A stretch of 64,000 bases of DNA from positions 38,737 through 102,736 of IMG/VR virus record IMGVR_UViG_3300037751_000591; one strand, given 5' to 3'. The stretch is from a virus (lineage: Duplodnaviria; Caudoviricetes). Below the pieces are notes generated by a model. The model was not told the origin of the DNA and ran no database searches. It was given only the letters and a program-made list of their open reading frames with translations. The translations under genes and the position numbers were made by a program. Positions 18,153-27,849 of this stretch are shown here, in pieces. How positions within the stretch are numbered: the stretch's first letter is position 1; each line of letters starts with the position of its first letter.

Positions 18153-19352
18153 ATGGAAAACGTGATGGTTCCCGACCTGTTGGTTGGCGAGCGCGTTCTT
18201 GACCTCGGCGAGGGCGGCGGCAACGGAGCGTTCGTTGGGCGTGCTACTGACCCCAACATCCTTCCGCAGCCGTATGCGACCCCCGGCGACTTCGCTGCGC
18301 AGTATCCAACTCCGCTGGACACGACCGAGATCATCGCCATGTGCGAGGAAGTCACGCTGTTTCAGGCCCTGCCTGAGGAAAACACAGCGCTCAAGCAGCA
18401 CACTTGGCGAGAACTGAATGAACTCGCGTTCGTGTCAGGCTCATCGTACATTTCCTTCGCTGACGGCGAGTGCCCCGAAGAATACTCGCACGACGGCGAC
18501 AACACCACGGTTACGCTCAAGAACATCGGCGCGAAGAAGTCACTGAGCCTGAGCGACATCATGCACTCGCAGGCCGTGGCTGCCGCCAATTGGAATGGGA
18601 TCAACCGACTCGTCGGTGGTGTCCCCTCGGGTGAAGGCATGCCCGGTGGCACCGATATGGCGACGTTCCAAATGGAGCAAGTCGCTGATGTCAAGGAAAA
18701 GGAAATCCGGTTGTCAATGACGCTGGTCCTGAACGGTTGGGATCGGCTGCTGGTTGAGGGTGACGCCAACGCGAACTCGCTTGAGTTCACGGGTGTCGAG
18801 CAGTGGGATGACAACCTCGAAGGTTGCGACTTCCACGCGAACGATAACTCGGCCTCGGGCACGTTCTCGGCGGCTGGCTTTGACCGGTTCCTCAGCGAGG
18901 GCTGTGCCAAGCCGACAGCCCTGTGGGGTCATCCGCAGGCCATTCAAGAACTGATGTCCGCCTACTTCCAACTTGGATTCCAAGGGTCGCAGGTGGTCAA
19001 CTTCGAGAGTGGCGACCGCATCACTCCGGGCTTCAACTTCGGTGGTTTCGTCAACACCGGTGTTGGCCGGCTGGCTGTGGTTGCGGACAACAACTTCAAC
19101 CGCGCGAACGCTGGCGGCGGGGCGTTTCAGGCGACGATCTATGGCATGCGCATGACGCACAACGGTGTGCCGCTGGTCTACAAGCTGACGCAAATCCCGC
19201 TGGCCCTGCGCGACCTTGTGCCCGGCTGTACGGCAATCAGCTTCGAGGTTTGGGCGAAGACTGCCCTCATCATCAAGCACTGTTGCGCACACGGCGCGTA
19301 CACCAGCCAGTTCACCGGTCGGATCGTGACGACCTGCCCTGTGATCGGGTAG
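18153..19352 (+). CDS. Major capsid protein
   Basis: 399 aa, follows the protease-scaffold gene, has an RBS and strong codon bias, and is followed by a terminator. EFTGV and ISFEVWAKTALIIK-type segments fit an HK97 fold. Confidence 0.75.
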   Translation: MENVMVPDLLVGERVLDLGEGGGNGAFVGRATDPNILPQPYATPGDFAAQYPTPLDTTEIIAMCEEVTLFQALPEENTALKQHTWRELNELAFVSGSSYISFADGECPEEYSHDGDNTTVTLKNIGAKKSLSLSDIMHSQAVAAANWNGINRLVGGVPSGEGMPGGTDMATFQMEQVADVKEKEIRLSMTLVLNGWDRLLVEGDANANSLEFTGVEQWDDNLEGCDFHANDNSASGTFSAAGFDRFLSEGCAKPTALWGHPQAIQELMSAYFQLGFQGSQVVNFESGDRITPGFNFGGFVNTGVGRLAVVADNNFNRANAGGGAFQATIYGMRMTHNGVPLVYKLTQIPLALRDLVPGCTAISFEVWAKTALIIKHCCAHGAYTSQFTGRIVTTCPVIG

Positions 19353-19374
19353 GTCTACGGTAGCTGCCACTGCG

Positions 19375-19409
19375 AGGGGCCAGCCGGTCTATCCGGTTGG
19401 CCCCTTTTT
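19375..19409 (+). terminator. Intrinsic terminator after the capsid gene
   Basis: GGGGCCAGCCGG-tctat-CCGGTTGGCCCC-TTTTT. Confidence 0.85.
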
Positions 19410-19427
19410 CAATCAAGGACTCAAGTA

Positions 19428-20753
19428 ATGGTCGGCGTGCCTCATGATGTGGTGCACGGTCGCGAGTATGGCGACAAGTTGCTGAGCGTCCCCGTCGCGC
19501 TCGAATGGGATCGTACGGTCGGTGGCTTCAAGATTGTTACCAAGTCCGAGACTGCTTTTGCCGAGCGCGATGGCTTTGGTAGGTCTCGCGTCAGCAACCC
19601 CGAAACACTGTTCGATGGGCAATTCCGCTATGACGAGTCGCCGCTGCTCTGGCAGAGTCGATTGGATGGTGGCAGCGTCATGCATCTGCCCGCACAAGGG
19701 GCCGTGCGGCTGAGGGCGGCGGCCGACGAAGAGGCGCTTTATCAGACGAGGCGCTATTTTCCGTATCAGGCCGGCAAGTCACAACTTGTCCAGATGACGG
19801 GCCTGTTTCCGACGCAGGCTGGCGCGACTGCCCGAGCCGGCTACTTTGATGATAACGACGGCATTTACTTCCAAGTTGCCGATGGCGTCGCGGGTTTCGT
19901 TGTCCGTTCGAGCGTAAGCGGCGCGGTTGTGAACACACTTGTTCCACAGTCATCATGGAGCGAAGATGGGTTCGATGGCAGCGGCCCGAGCGGTCTCGTA
20001 CTCGATCTGACGAAGGGGCAGAACATCGTTTTCGACATGCAGTGGCTTGGCATTGGCCGAGTCCGGTGCGGCTTTGACGACGGCGGCGTAAAGTATTACG
20101 TTCATGTGTTCGATTTCAGCAACAAGATTGCGCTACCGCCATACATGCTCACGGCTACACTACCGGTCCGGTACGAAGTGGTGGGCGCGACAGGCATGGC
20201 GGGCAACGCCGACTTGACTGCCGTTTGCTCAGCAGTTATGTCAGAGGGCGGTCTGCATTTGGTGCAGGGATTTCCATTCCATGCGCACAAACTTACCGCC
20301 ACCACGGTTGACAATGATCCGATTGTTCCGCTGGTTTCTATCCGTCCGAAAGCCACATTTAACAGCTTGGTCAACCGAACTTGGATTGTGCCGAAGCGAG
20401 TAAGTGCGTTGAATGACGGGCAGGTGCCGGCGCATGTCTACATCATTTATGGGGGTGCACTGACGAACCCTTCATGGGCGGACGTGAACGCGGAATCGGC
20501 TGTTGAGCGCGACATATCGGCGACGGCCATAGCGGGCGGTATTCATATCGACGGCATGTTCCTTCCCTCGGGCAATGGCAATCAAACACAGGGACTTGAG
20601 CAGGGCCTAATTGAAATATTGCCGCTGACGCTCGATGTAGACGGCGGTCATCCGACATCGCCGCTGACGGATGTTCTAACAATAGCGGCCTCGACCATGG
20701 AAGCACAGACTACGAGTGTGTTCGGAATGGTGAGTTGGAGCGAGTTGCGCTAG
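19428..20753 (+). CDS. Putative virion structural protein (beta-rich, lectin-like)
   Basis: DGFGRSRVSNPETLFD...YQTRRYFPYQAGKSQL...QWLGIGRVRCGF, a pattern common in phage virion proteins. Confidence 0.65.
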   Translation: MVGVPHDVVHGREYGDKLLSVPVALEWDRTVGGFKIVTKSETAFAERDGFGRSRVSNPETLFDGQFRYDESPLLWQSRLDGGSVMHLPAQGAVRLRAAADEEALYQTRRYFPYQAGKSQLVQMTGLFPTQAGATARAGYFDDNDGIYFQVADGVAGFVVRSSVSGAVVNTLVPQSSWSEDGFDGSGPSGLVLDLTKGQNIVFDMQWLGIGRVRCGFDDGGVKYYVHVFDFSNKIALPPYMLTATLPVRYEVVGATGMAGNADLTAVCSAVMSEGGLHLVQGFPFHAHKLTATTVDNDPIVPLVSIRPKATFNSLVNRTWIVPKRVSALNDGQVPAHVYIIYGGALTNPSWADVNAESAVERDISATAIAGGIHIDGMFLPSGNGNQTQGLEQGLIEILPLTLDVDGGHPTSPLTDVLTIAASTMEAQTTSVFGMVSWSELR

Positions 20754-20788
20754 TTGTCTGCGGTTAGGCGATTTGCTAGAGTCGTGCC

Positions 20789-21064
20789 ATGATAGAACAA
20801 ATGATGGTTACAAATGAACAGGGCCAAGTGGCGATGAAGTACATGCGCAAGAACCGCGTGCTCATCACCTGTGGACCGGTTGAAGATCGCCGGCAGTATG
20901 TTTTTGACATGCGGGCCAATATCTGCATGGCATGGGTCAATGAAGAAGACGTGCCCTGCGCGCGGGCTGTCAAAGGCGGCTGCTGCGGTCAAAAGAAGCC
21001 GGGCGTGATTACTTTCGCGAACGAAGATGATGTCCGCCGCTGGACCAACGGTGGTGGTCGATAG
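20789..21064 (+). CDS. Small Cys-rich hypothetical protein
   Basis: ORF in the head module with GGCCG motif; start codon uncertain. Confidence 0.6.
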   Translation: MIEQMMVTNEQGQVAMKYMRKNRVLITCGPVEDRRQYVFDMRANICMAWVNEEDVPCARAVKGGCCGQKKPGVITFANEDDVRRWTNGGGR

Positions 21065-21073
21065 GAGGCTTAG

Positions 21074-21826
21074 ATGGATGCGACAGACCTGACCCGATCC
21101 GAGGTTATCAACGAGTTCGGCGAGCGAGTCGGCAGGCTGCTGATTGACGCCGGCTTTGCATCGCTCAGCGTCATCGAGCGGACGCCGGACGCCGATCTGC
21201 TGGCAATCTCGGGCTTTGGCGAGGCCAGCCTTCTCGCCGTGCGGGAAGTGGCTCCGTATTTGGGAGCACCCGAATCGGTCGAGGCAGAAACGGAGGCCGA
21301 GCCGAGCTACGCCGACAGGCTGAATGATCTTGGCGTCCCTTTTCCGCCGGGGGGGACATACAATCAGGTGTATCCGGTCGAGGGAGCGGATTACGTCGAG
21401 GCCGTTACGCCCATGGGCCACTTTAGGCTGTATGTGAATGTGCCCCGCTCGCAATTCGCGTGGGAGCAGTTATCCGGGCCTGCCGGCGAGGCGCTATCGG
21501 AAACCGCAGCGCCGGAGGGTTTGCAGCAGTCGGTGCGAGTCAAGAGAATCGCCGAGGCCACTGGCTCAGTGATTTCTGAAACGCCAGCGGCTGATCTGGA
21601 GGCCGAGCCGGAAGCTGAGCCGGAGGCTGAGCCGGAGGCTGAGCCGGAAGCTGAGCCGGAAGCTGAGCCGGAGCCAGATGCTGAGCCTGAGGCCGAGCCG
21701 GAAGCTGAGCCGGAGGCTGAGCCGGAGGCTGAGCCGGAAGCTGAGCCGGAAGCTGAGCCGGAGCCAGATGCTGAGCCTGAGGCCGAGCCGGAAGCTGAGC
21801 CGGAGGCTGATGCCGACGAAGAATGA
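21074..21826 (+). CDS. Helix-hairpin-helix protein with (EPEA)n acidic tail
   Basis: AGFASL...DLLAISGFGEAS HhH motif; GGAGG RBS. Confidence 0.7.
   Translation: MDATDLTRSEVINEFGERVGRLLIDAGFASLSVIERTPDADLLAISGFGEASLLAVREVAPYLGAPESVEAETEAEPSYADRLNDLGVPFPPGGTYNQVYPVEGADYVEAVTPMGHFRLYVNVPRSQFAWEQLSGPAGEALSETAAPEGLQQSVRVKRIAEATGSVISETPAADLEAEPEAEPEAEPEAEPEAEPEAEPEPDAEPEAEPEAEPEAEPEAEPEAEPEAEPEPDAEPEAEPEAEPEADADEE
21601..21810 (+). repeat. Tandem repeat: 12-bp units nested in a perfect 90-bp unit (2.3 copies)
   Basis: 21601-21690 is identical to 21691-21780, with a partial third copy to 21810. Encodes EPEA repeats. Confidence 0.95.
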
Positions 21827-22662
21827 TAGACCTTGACCGGGTTGCAGTAACGGGAGCCGAGGGCAGACTCGGCTCCCATCTTGTTAGCTTGGGTGCACAC
21901 CCGCTCGACTGCGATATCTCTGAGAGCCACGAGGTTGAAGAGGCGCTCGATGCAGCGCGGCCACTGGTCGTTATCAACTGCGCGGCCTACACTGCGGTAG
22001 ACGATGCCGAATCGCCTGTCAATCATGAGCGGGCCATGCGTGCCAACATGACCGGACCGGGCATCCTGCGCAGCATGTTCGACGGCTACCTGATTCACAT
22101 GAGCACCGGCTTCGTCTTCGACGGTAGCAAGGGGCCATACTCCGAAGAAGACGAGCCTTCCCCCGTGAACTTCTATGGCATGACCAAGCTAGGCGGCGAG
22201 GCGGCGCTGTCTATCAGGCCGAGGTATCCGAGCGTCATTGTGCGTGTGCTCGATCTGTTCGGGCCGGGACCTTCGCCTGACTTTGTAAGCGCCGTAAGAG
22301 GCGTGCTAGAGTCTGGCGGAAGTAAGGCGCTGCCGGCCAATCTATTCGGGACGCCGACATACATCCCCCATCTGGCCGAGGCGCTTGTGGCGATTATCGA
22401 GCGCGGGCACACCGGCACGCTGCACATAGGCGGCACCGCCAACCTGAGTCGCTACAAGTGGGGACGCATGATTGCCGAGCACTTCGGTTTCGATCCCGAG
22501 CAAATCAAGCACACCGAGCGGATCACCGGATTGGCACCACGCCCCCTGAATGCCACGCTTGACGTGAGCAAGGCGCGCTCGCTTGGACTGCCGCTTTACG
22601 ACCCGAAAGAAGGTCTCGAAGCGCTGGCGGAGTCCGAAGCGGCCAATGACCCCCTACCCTGA
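21823..22662 (+). CDS. RmlD-like NDP-4-keto-sugar reductase
   Basis: VTGAEGRLG, INCAAYTAVDDAE, YGMTKLGGE, GTPTY, APRP. Confidence 0.9.
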   Translation: MIDLDRVAVTGAEGRLGSHLVSLGAHPLDCDISESHEVEEALDAARPLVVINCAAYTAVDDAESPVNHERAMRANMTGPGILRSMFDGYLIHMSTGFVFDGSKGPYSEEDEPSPVNFYGMTKLGGEAALSIRPRYPSVIVRVLDLFGPGPSPDFVSAVRGVLESGGSKALPANLFGTPTYIPHLAEALVAIIERGHTGTLHIGGTANLSRYKWGRMIAEHFGFDPEQIKHTERITGLAPRPLNATLDVSKARSLGLPLYDPKEGLEALAESEAANDPLP

Positions 22663-23359
22663 GATTTCCATTGTCGTTCTGACCTACAACCGTTTCGTGC
22701 TGATCGATCAGCGCCTGACCGAACTTAACAGGCTTCCGCTGGCAGTGAACGGGGCCGAAGTTGTCGTATTCGACAATGGTTCGAGCGACGGCACGATGCT
22801 CGTTCTGGCCTCGCACCGCCATCATTTCGCGCAGGTCGGCCATCGTCTTGCCGCCCACCGAACAGAGAAAAACCTTGGGTTTGCCGGCGGCTTCAATGAA
22901 GCTGCCAAGGCGGCCGAGGGGAATATCCTTGTGCTGCTGTCAAATGACGTTCGCATACTAGGCGATTTCTTGCCGGCCATCCGCGAAGAACTGGCCGACC
23001 ATACCGACCCACCGAAGCTGGTCGCGCATGAAGTAATCCGCGGCAACGCCGGTTGGAACCAGTTTGGCGAAACGAGCTTCCCTTGGCCGGCTGGCTACTT
23101 CCTCGCGCTGCGCAAGAGCACGTGGACAGCGCTTGGCGGATTTGACACCGCCTTTCACCCCAACGATTACGAAGATGTCGACATAGGCTATCGGGCGCAG
23201 CAGGCGGGCATGCAGATTGTTGAGCGCCGCGACATGCCCATCGAGCATATGGTTGCGCAAACCGTCGGCTACTCCCCCGAGCGCTACGAACAGACAGTGC
23301 GCATGCGAGCGCTGTTCGCCGCCAAGCACGGCTTGGAGAACAGGCCGGAGAGACCATGA
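22646..23359 (+). CDS. Glycosyltransferase family 2
   Basis: SIVVLTYN, DNGSSDGT, NLGFAGGFN, YEDVD. Confidence 0.9.
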   Translation: MTPYPEISIVVLTYNRFVLIDQRLTELNRLPLAVNGAEVVVFDNGSSDGTMLVLASHRHHFAQVGHRLAAHRTEKNLGFAGGFNEAAKAAEGNILVLLSNDVRILGDFLPAIREELADHTDPPKLVAHEVIRGNAGWNQFGETSFPWPAGYFLALRKSTWTALGGFDTAFHPNDYEDVDIGYRAQQAGMQIVERRDMPIEHMVAQTVGYSPERYEQTVRMRALFAAKHGLENRPERP

Positions 23360-23745
23360 CCGTTCTGCCCGCGATATCCGATTCGCTGATCCTGTTCTTC
23401 TGGCTCATGATCGGCCACGCCTTCGCCGACTTCCCGCTGCAGCCGCCATTCATGGCGCGCGGCAAGAACCGCAATGTACAGACCGACTACGATCCCGCGC
23501 TGCACGGTTCGAGCAAGGCTGTGATCTGGCCGTTCTTCCTGACCGGCCATGCGCTCATTCACGCCGGCTTTGTTGGCGTCATCACCGGGTCGACGGGATG
23601 GGCGCTGTTTGAACTCATCGCTCACTGGATCATCGACTTTGCCAAGACCAACAACTGGACCACGATGTATGTCGATCAGGCACTGCACATGCTCACGAAG
23701 GCTTTGATCGTGTGGGTGATTTTCATTCTAAGGACCACGCCATGA
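23356..23745 (+). CDS. DUF3307-like membrane protein
   Basis: HAFADFPLQ, HALIH, HWIID and DQALH, with hydrophobic segments. Confidence 0.8.
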   Translation: MTVLPAISDSLILFFWLMIGHAFADFPLQPPFMARGKNRNVQTDYDPALHGSSKAVIWPFFLTGHALIHAGFVGVITGSTGWALFELIAHWIIDFAKTNNWTTMYVDQALHMLTKALIVWVIFILRTTP

Positions 23746-24110
23746 TCCTGTTTCTTGACGACAGCGAGCAGCGCATTGAGTTGTTCAGGGCGTGCTTTCC
23801 ATCGGCCATGATCGTCAACACAGCAGAGCAGGCTATCGAGCACTTGCGGGATGATGCCGTGGTCTGGTCGTCTGTCTGGCTGGACCACGACCTCGGCGGC
23901 ACGACCTTTCAGGATAGCGATGATCGCGAGAGCGGTTACGAGGTTGTGCGCTGGATTCTTGCCAACCGTCCGACCATCTTGGAAGTCTACGTGCACACGT
24001 GGAACCCGTCGGCCGGCGCGAACATGGTCATTGATTTGCAGGGGGCTGGCTACATCGTTCACCGCTGGCCGTTTGATCCCAACCTTCTATTTGCCGGAGT
24101 CGGAGAATGA
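23742..24110 (+). CDS. Cyclic-phosphate-processing receiver (cREC)-like domain protein
   Basis: ILFLDD...WLDHDLG...SGYEVVRW...VHTWNP. Confidence 0.75.
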   Translation: MILFLDDSEQRIELFRACFPSAMIVNTAEQAIEHLRDDAVVWSSVWLDHDLGGTTFQDSDDRESGYEVVRWILANRPTILEVYVHTWNPSAGANMVIDLQGAGYIVHRWPFDPNLLFAGVGE

Positions 24111-25015
24111 AGATCGCGTTCACGATGATCCATTATCCGGTTGCCATGGGCCGCTACTTCTTGGAGGCGTTGCTGCGCCGAGAGGATGTCGAGCTTTGGA
24201 CTGCCGGCCCATTCACGGGTCGCTGGATTCCGTGGGCGGGCGGGATGCATTTGCCAGAGTCGTATGTGCGCGCGCCGGATTTCGCGTTGCCGTTCGGCGG
24301 CGGAACGCCATCGCTGCCTTACGAGATCGTCGAGAATCGCTGCCCCTTCAAGCCGGACCTGTGGTTGGAGGTCAACGCCGGCATGTCGCCGACTGGCCGG
24401 CCAAGCGGTCTCTACGCGGTTGTCGGTACTGACCCGCATGTGCTCAACTATGACCGAGTCCGACGCGGGGCCGATTACTTCTTTTGCATGCAGCGTCCTT
24501 ACGCCAAGCCGGGCGACCACTGGCTGCCTTACGCGTACGACCCCGTTTACCATTCGCCGTCACCGAAAAAGGTTGGCGAGCGCAAACACGACGCGGCCCT
24601 GATCGGGCTGCCCTATGAGCAACGCACGAAACTTGTTCAGGCATTGCGCGCTCAGGGGCGCGACGTTTTCTACGAACTCGGGCCGGCCTACGGGGATGCC
24701 CGTGATGTCTACCACGACACGAAAGTTGGGCTGAACTGGTCGAGCTTGCAGGACACGACGGCCCGCTGCTTTGAATTGATGGCAATGGCGACCGTGCCCG
24801 TGCTCAATCGGGTGCCCGATTTGATGTCTATGTTCAAGGACGGCGAAGACTTCCTCGGCTTCGACACGATGGATGAGGCCGTGGCCCACGTTACATGGGC
24901 GATTGAAAATCCCGAAGACGCCGAGCAGCTTGGTCGACAGGCAATGAATGCAGTTAATGAGCACACATGGGCGCATCGAGTCGATGCCATCTTGCAGACA
25001 ACCGGCGTGGTCTGA
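24107..25015 (+). CDS. GT-B glycosyltransferase (CgeB-like)
   Basis: WLPYAYDP, KVGLNWS, RCFELMA, HTWAHRV. Confidence 0.85.
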   Translation: MKIAFTMIHYPVAMGRYFLEALLRREDVELWTAGPFTGRWIPWAGGMHLPESYVRAPDFALPFGGGTPSLPYEIVENRCPFKPDLWLEVNAGMSPTGRPSGLYAVVGTDPHVLNYDRVRRGADYFFCMQRPYAKPGDHWLPYAYDPVYHSPSPKKVGERKHDAALIGLPYEQRTKLVQALRAQGRDVFYELGPAYGDARDVYHDTKVGLNWSSLQDTTARCFELMAMATVPVLNRVPDLMSMFKDGEDFLGFDTMDEAVAHVTWAIENPEDAEQLGRQAMNAVNEHTWAHRVDAILQTTGVV

Positions 25016-25356
25016 TGGGTTTGGAATCCGGCCTCACGTTTGACCGGAAGGCGATTGCGTTCAGCGCCATGATCGCCTACATGGATTTCCAAACGCAGGC
25101 CGAGACCCATCACGCTCGCTTCGGCAAGTTGACGACACGGCTGATGGAACAGACCAACGACGCCCTCAACTTGCTCAACGAGAACCGGGCGCAGTTGGCC
25201 TCGATGCACCTGCTTGGTCCGCTGGCCGAGGCCTTCCGGCAGCAGTCGCTGGCAATCGAAGGGCTGACTGAGAACGCGGCGGCGGAAGCTGAGAACCGGG
25301 CCGAGTTAATCAAGAACCTGAGCGTTGCAGTGAAAGCGATAAGCAGCAGTGACTGA
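25015..25356 (+). CDS. Hypothetical helical protein
   Basis: TGATG coupling with the upstream gene. Confidence 0.55.
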   Translation: MGLESGLTFDRKAIAFSAMIAYMDFQTQAETHHARFGKLTTRLMEQTNDALNLLNENRAQLASMHLLGPLAEAFRQQSLAIEGLTENAAAEAENRAELIKNLSVAVKAISSSD

Positions 25357-25762
25357 TTTCAGCGGTGCGACCTTCAATATTATCAAGCAGCGCGGCGACC
25401 CTAAAACGGCCATCACGAACTCGGGTCATCGCGTCAAGAAGCAAGAGTACGTGTACCTGCGCGACGAACAGGGCACCTATCAAAAGCTGCGCTGCGCCGA
25501 CTATCACAACGAGCACTTCCTTTACATCGATCCACAGTTCAATGACGAGATTCCTGAGGGCAAAGCCTCCAAGTACCGCGGCTGGTTTGCCATGTGCACG
25601 TGCGGCGCGCCGGCGGTGATTGTGGGCAAGGGGGTCGGCGGGCTTGGCAGTGCGCAGTTCAGCTACGGCGAAATGATGCTGGTGTGCATGGCGCACACGC
25701 AAAGCCTGCTGCAAACGGGCATCGGCAAGCACGCAACCTCGGACGGAAGGCGTTGGTGGTGA
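25349..25762 (+). CDS. Hypothetical protein, possible Zn-binding
   Basis: CTCG...CMAH...H motif; coupled to neighbouring genes. Confidence 0.6.
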   Translation: MTDFSGATFNIIKQRGDPKTAITNSGHRVKKQEYVYLRDEQGTYQKLRCADYHNEHFLYIDPQFNDEIPEGKASKYRGWFAMCTCGAPAVIVGKGVGGLGSAQFSYGEMMLVCMAHTQSLLQTGIGKHATSDGRRWW

Positions 25763-26454
25763 AGATTATCGCCTGTGTTCGCACGCGCAATGAAGAACGC
25801 AACATCGGTGAGTTCTGCCGCGCCTATTATCAGTGGGTTGACGAAATCATTGTTGCCGACGGCGGATCAACCGACCGCACTATGGAGATTGCCAAACGCT
25901 ACCCGCGAGTGAAGGTGCTTAATTTCGACCTGACCCTGCCGGCGGAGAACGGGCTGGACGGCAACCCGCAGCCGCAGCACTTCGAGTTCTTGCGCGATGC
26001 GGCCATCGAACGGAAGGCCGACTGGATCATCTTCGATGACTGTGACTGCCGGCCGAACTACATGCTCAGGGCCGAGGGCCGTCGGATCATGGAACATGCC
26101 GGCGATCTGGCGTTGTTCGCTCGGCGCGTGTACTTCTACGGACCGCACAAGATATTTCCGCGTATGCACGAGGCAGGGGCCAGCCTGTGGGCGTGGCAGC
26201 CGGCGCTGCACGATATTTCTGTGAACCGTGACAAACCATGGCGACTCGAACTGGACGTTCCGCCAGAGACAGAGCGGTTGAACTTGGGGAGTCCGCCGTT
26301 CTGCTTGCTGCACCATCCTTGGCCGACGGCGGAGCTTACCAAGGCCAAGATTGACTACTACCGGGCGTCAGGCCGGCATCCCGACATGCAGTATCCGACT
26401 CAATTCGGCGGTCCACTGGCCGACCCGGAGCCGCATATGAGGTCAGACCCTTGA
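25759..26454 (+). CDS. Glycosyltransferase family 2
   Basis: VRTRNEERNI, DGGSTDRT, WIIFDDCD. Confidence 0.85.
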   Translation: MKIIACVRTRNEERNIGEFCRAYYQWVDEIIVADGGSTDRTMEIAKRYPRVKVLNFDLTLPAENGLDGNPQPQHFEFLRDAAIERKADWIIFDDCDCRPNYMLRAEGRRIMEHAGDLALFARRVYFYGPHKIFPRMHEAGASLWAWQPALHDISVNRDKPWRLELDVPPETERLNLGSPPFCLLHHPWPTAELTKAKIDYYRASGRHPDMQYPTQFGGPLADPEPHMRSDP

Positions 26455-27200
26455 AGACCGGCATCGTGATCTGCTCATACAACATGCCGGAATACACCGA
26501 TGCACTGGTCGAGCACATCAGGGACACGGTAAAGCAGCCATATGCGCTCATGGTGTTCGACAACGGCAGCGATCTTGTCGAGCCATCAAAGTACACGACC
26601 TACCATGAGCCGGCCAACATCCAGATGGTGCCGGGCTTCATGAAGGCGCTCAGAGTGCTGACCAGCGACGAGGCGCTCGATGCCTATTGGTTTATTACCA
26701 CGTCCTGTCGGTTCGATCCCGAAGACCGACGCGACCCGCTCGAACTGCTGCTTGAACGATTGCGGGAGCCGGATACCTACGCCGCACAGCCATCGCTCAT
26801 CATCGACGAAGGCGCTTGGAAGGACTATCTTGCGCCGGTGACGGGCGCTTGGCGCGAAGTCCATTCTCTTGAGAATAACGCGACGGCCTTTCGCGCCGAC
26901 AACTTTGAGCGCCTTGGGCGCTGGCGCGAAGAACTTATCTATGGTTGGGGAATTGCCGCCGAGAGCTTTTACAAGGCCCGCGAGGCGGGATTGAAAAGCT
27001 GGAGTCATGATGGGTACACAATGTTCAAGGACACATTCGTTGGCTACAAGATGGACAGGATGAACATGACCGGCGAGCAAAGATCAGAGTTGTCGTCGCA
27101 GCGGGCCAGCGACGTGCTCGATCCGATCTATGGGCACCCATGGTGGAAGACACTCAACCGAGGCCTCAATTGGAAAACGGCGGGAGGCATTTATGCGTGA
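26451..27200 (+). CDS. GT2-like glycosyltransferase
   Basis: IVICSYN, VFDNGSD, YGWGI. Confidence 0.7.
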   Translation: MKTGIVICSYNMPEYTDALVEHIRDTVKQPYALMVFDNGSDLVEPSKYTTYHEPANIQMVPGFMKALRVLTSDEALDAYWFITTSCRFDPEDRRDPLELLLERLREPDTYAAQPSLIIDEGAWKDYLAPVTGAWREVHSLENNATAFRADNFERLGRWREELIYGWGIAAESFYKAREAGLKSWSHDGYTMFKDTFVGYKMDRMNMTGEQRSELSSQRASDVLDPIYGHPWWKTLNRGLNWKTAGGIYA

Positions 27201-27849
27201 CTATCTTCATTTCGACGCATATCTGAACTCGCTGGGCAGAGACATTTACGAGCAGCCATCCGACGAAGGCCACAGCAATTGGGCGCGCAAGGCCATCGGG
27301 CAATTCGGCCATATGTTTGAGGGCTGCCAGAATGTGCTGGACGTTGGCTGCGGGACCGGCTTTTGCGAGCCGTTCTGGACGGCGCTCGGCATAGGCTGGA
27401 CCGGCGTCACGCTCGGCCACGATGCCAACGCAGCCAAGCTATTGGGCAAGCACGTTCTTGAAAGGGACATGACGTTTCTTGGCGTGCAGGCCGGCAGCTA
27501 CGATATCGTGTTCGCCCGCCACGTGCTCGAACACTCGCCTTTCCCGCTTTTGACTATGATGGAGTGGCGTCGCGTGGCGCGGAAGTACCTGCTGCTTATT
27601 GCGCCTGCTCCCGAGCATTGGGGGCACCGCGGCCGCAATCACTATTCGATGCTTGAAAAGGACCATCTGCTTTGGTTGGCGGCGCGCGCCGGCTGGCGCT
27701 TGTGCGGTGCCGAGACCATGACGAACCATTCGCCCGAGTATCTCGACAGCATGACGAAGATCATGCGCCATGAAGCGCTCAGGATAAGGCCGGCACTCGA
27801 AGTCGAGTGGCGGCTGCTGTTTGAAATCGGCGACCCTGAAACGGAGTGA
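27193..27849 (+). CDS. Class I SAM-dependent methyltransferase
   Basis: VLDVGCGTG, YDIVFARHVLEHS. Confidence 0.9.
   Translation: MRDYLHFDAYLNSLGRDIYEQPSDEGHSNWARKAIGQFGHMFEGCQNVLDVGCGTGFCEPFWTALGIGWTGVTLGHDANAAKLLGKHVLERDMTFLGVQAGSYDIVFARHVLEHSPFPLLTMMEWRRVARKYLLLIAPAPEHWGHRGRNHYSMLEKDHLLWLAARAGWRLCGAETMTNHSPEYLDSMTKIMRHEALRIRPALEVEWRLLFEIGDPETE

Noticed and set aside
21391-22098. Minus-strand (SASG)n ORF
   Set aside because: Antisense shadow of the EPEA repeat.
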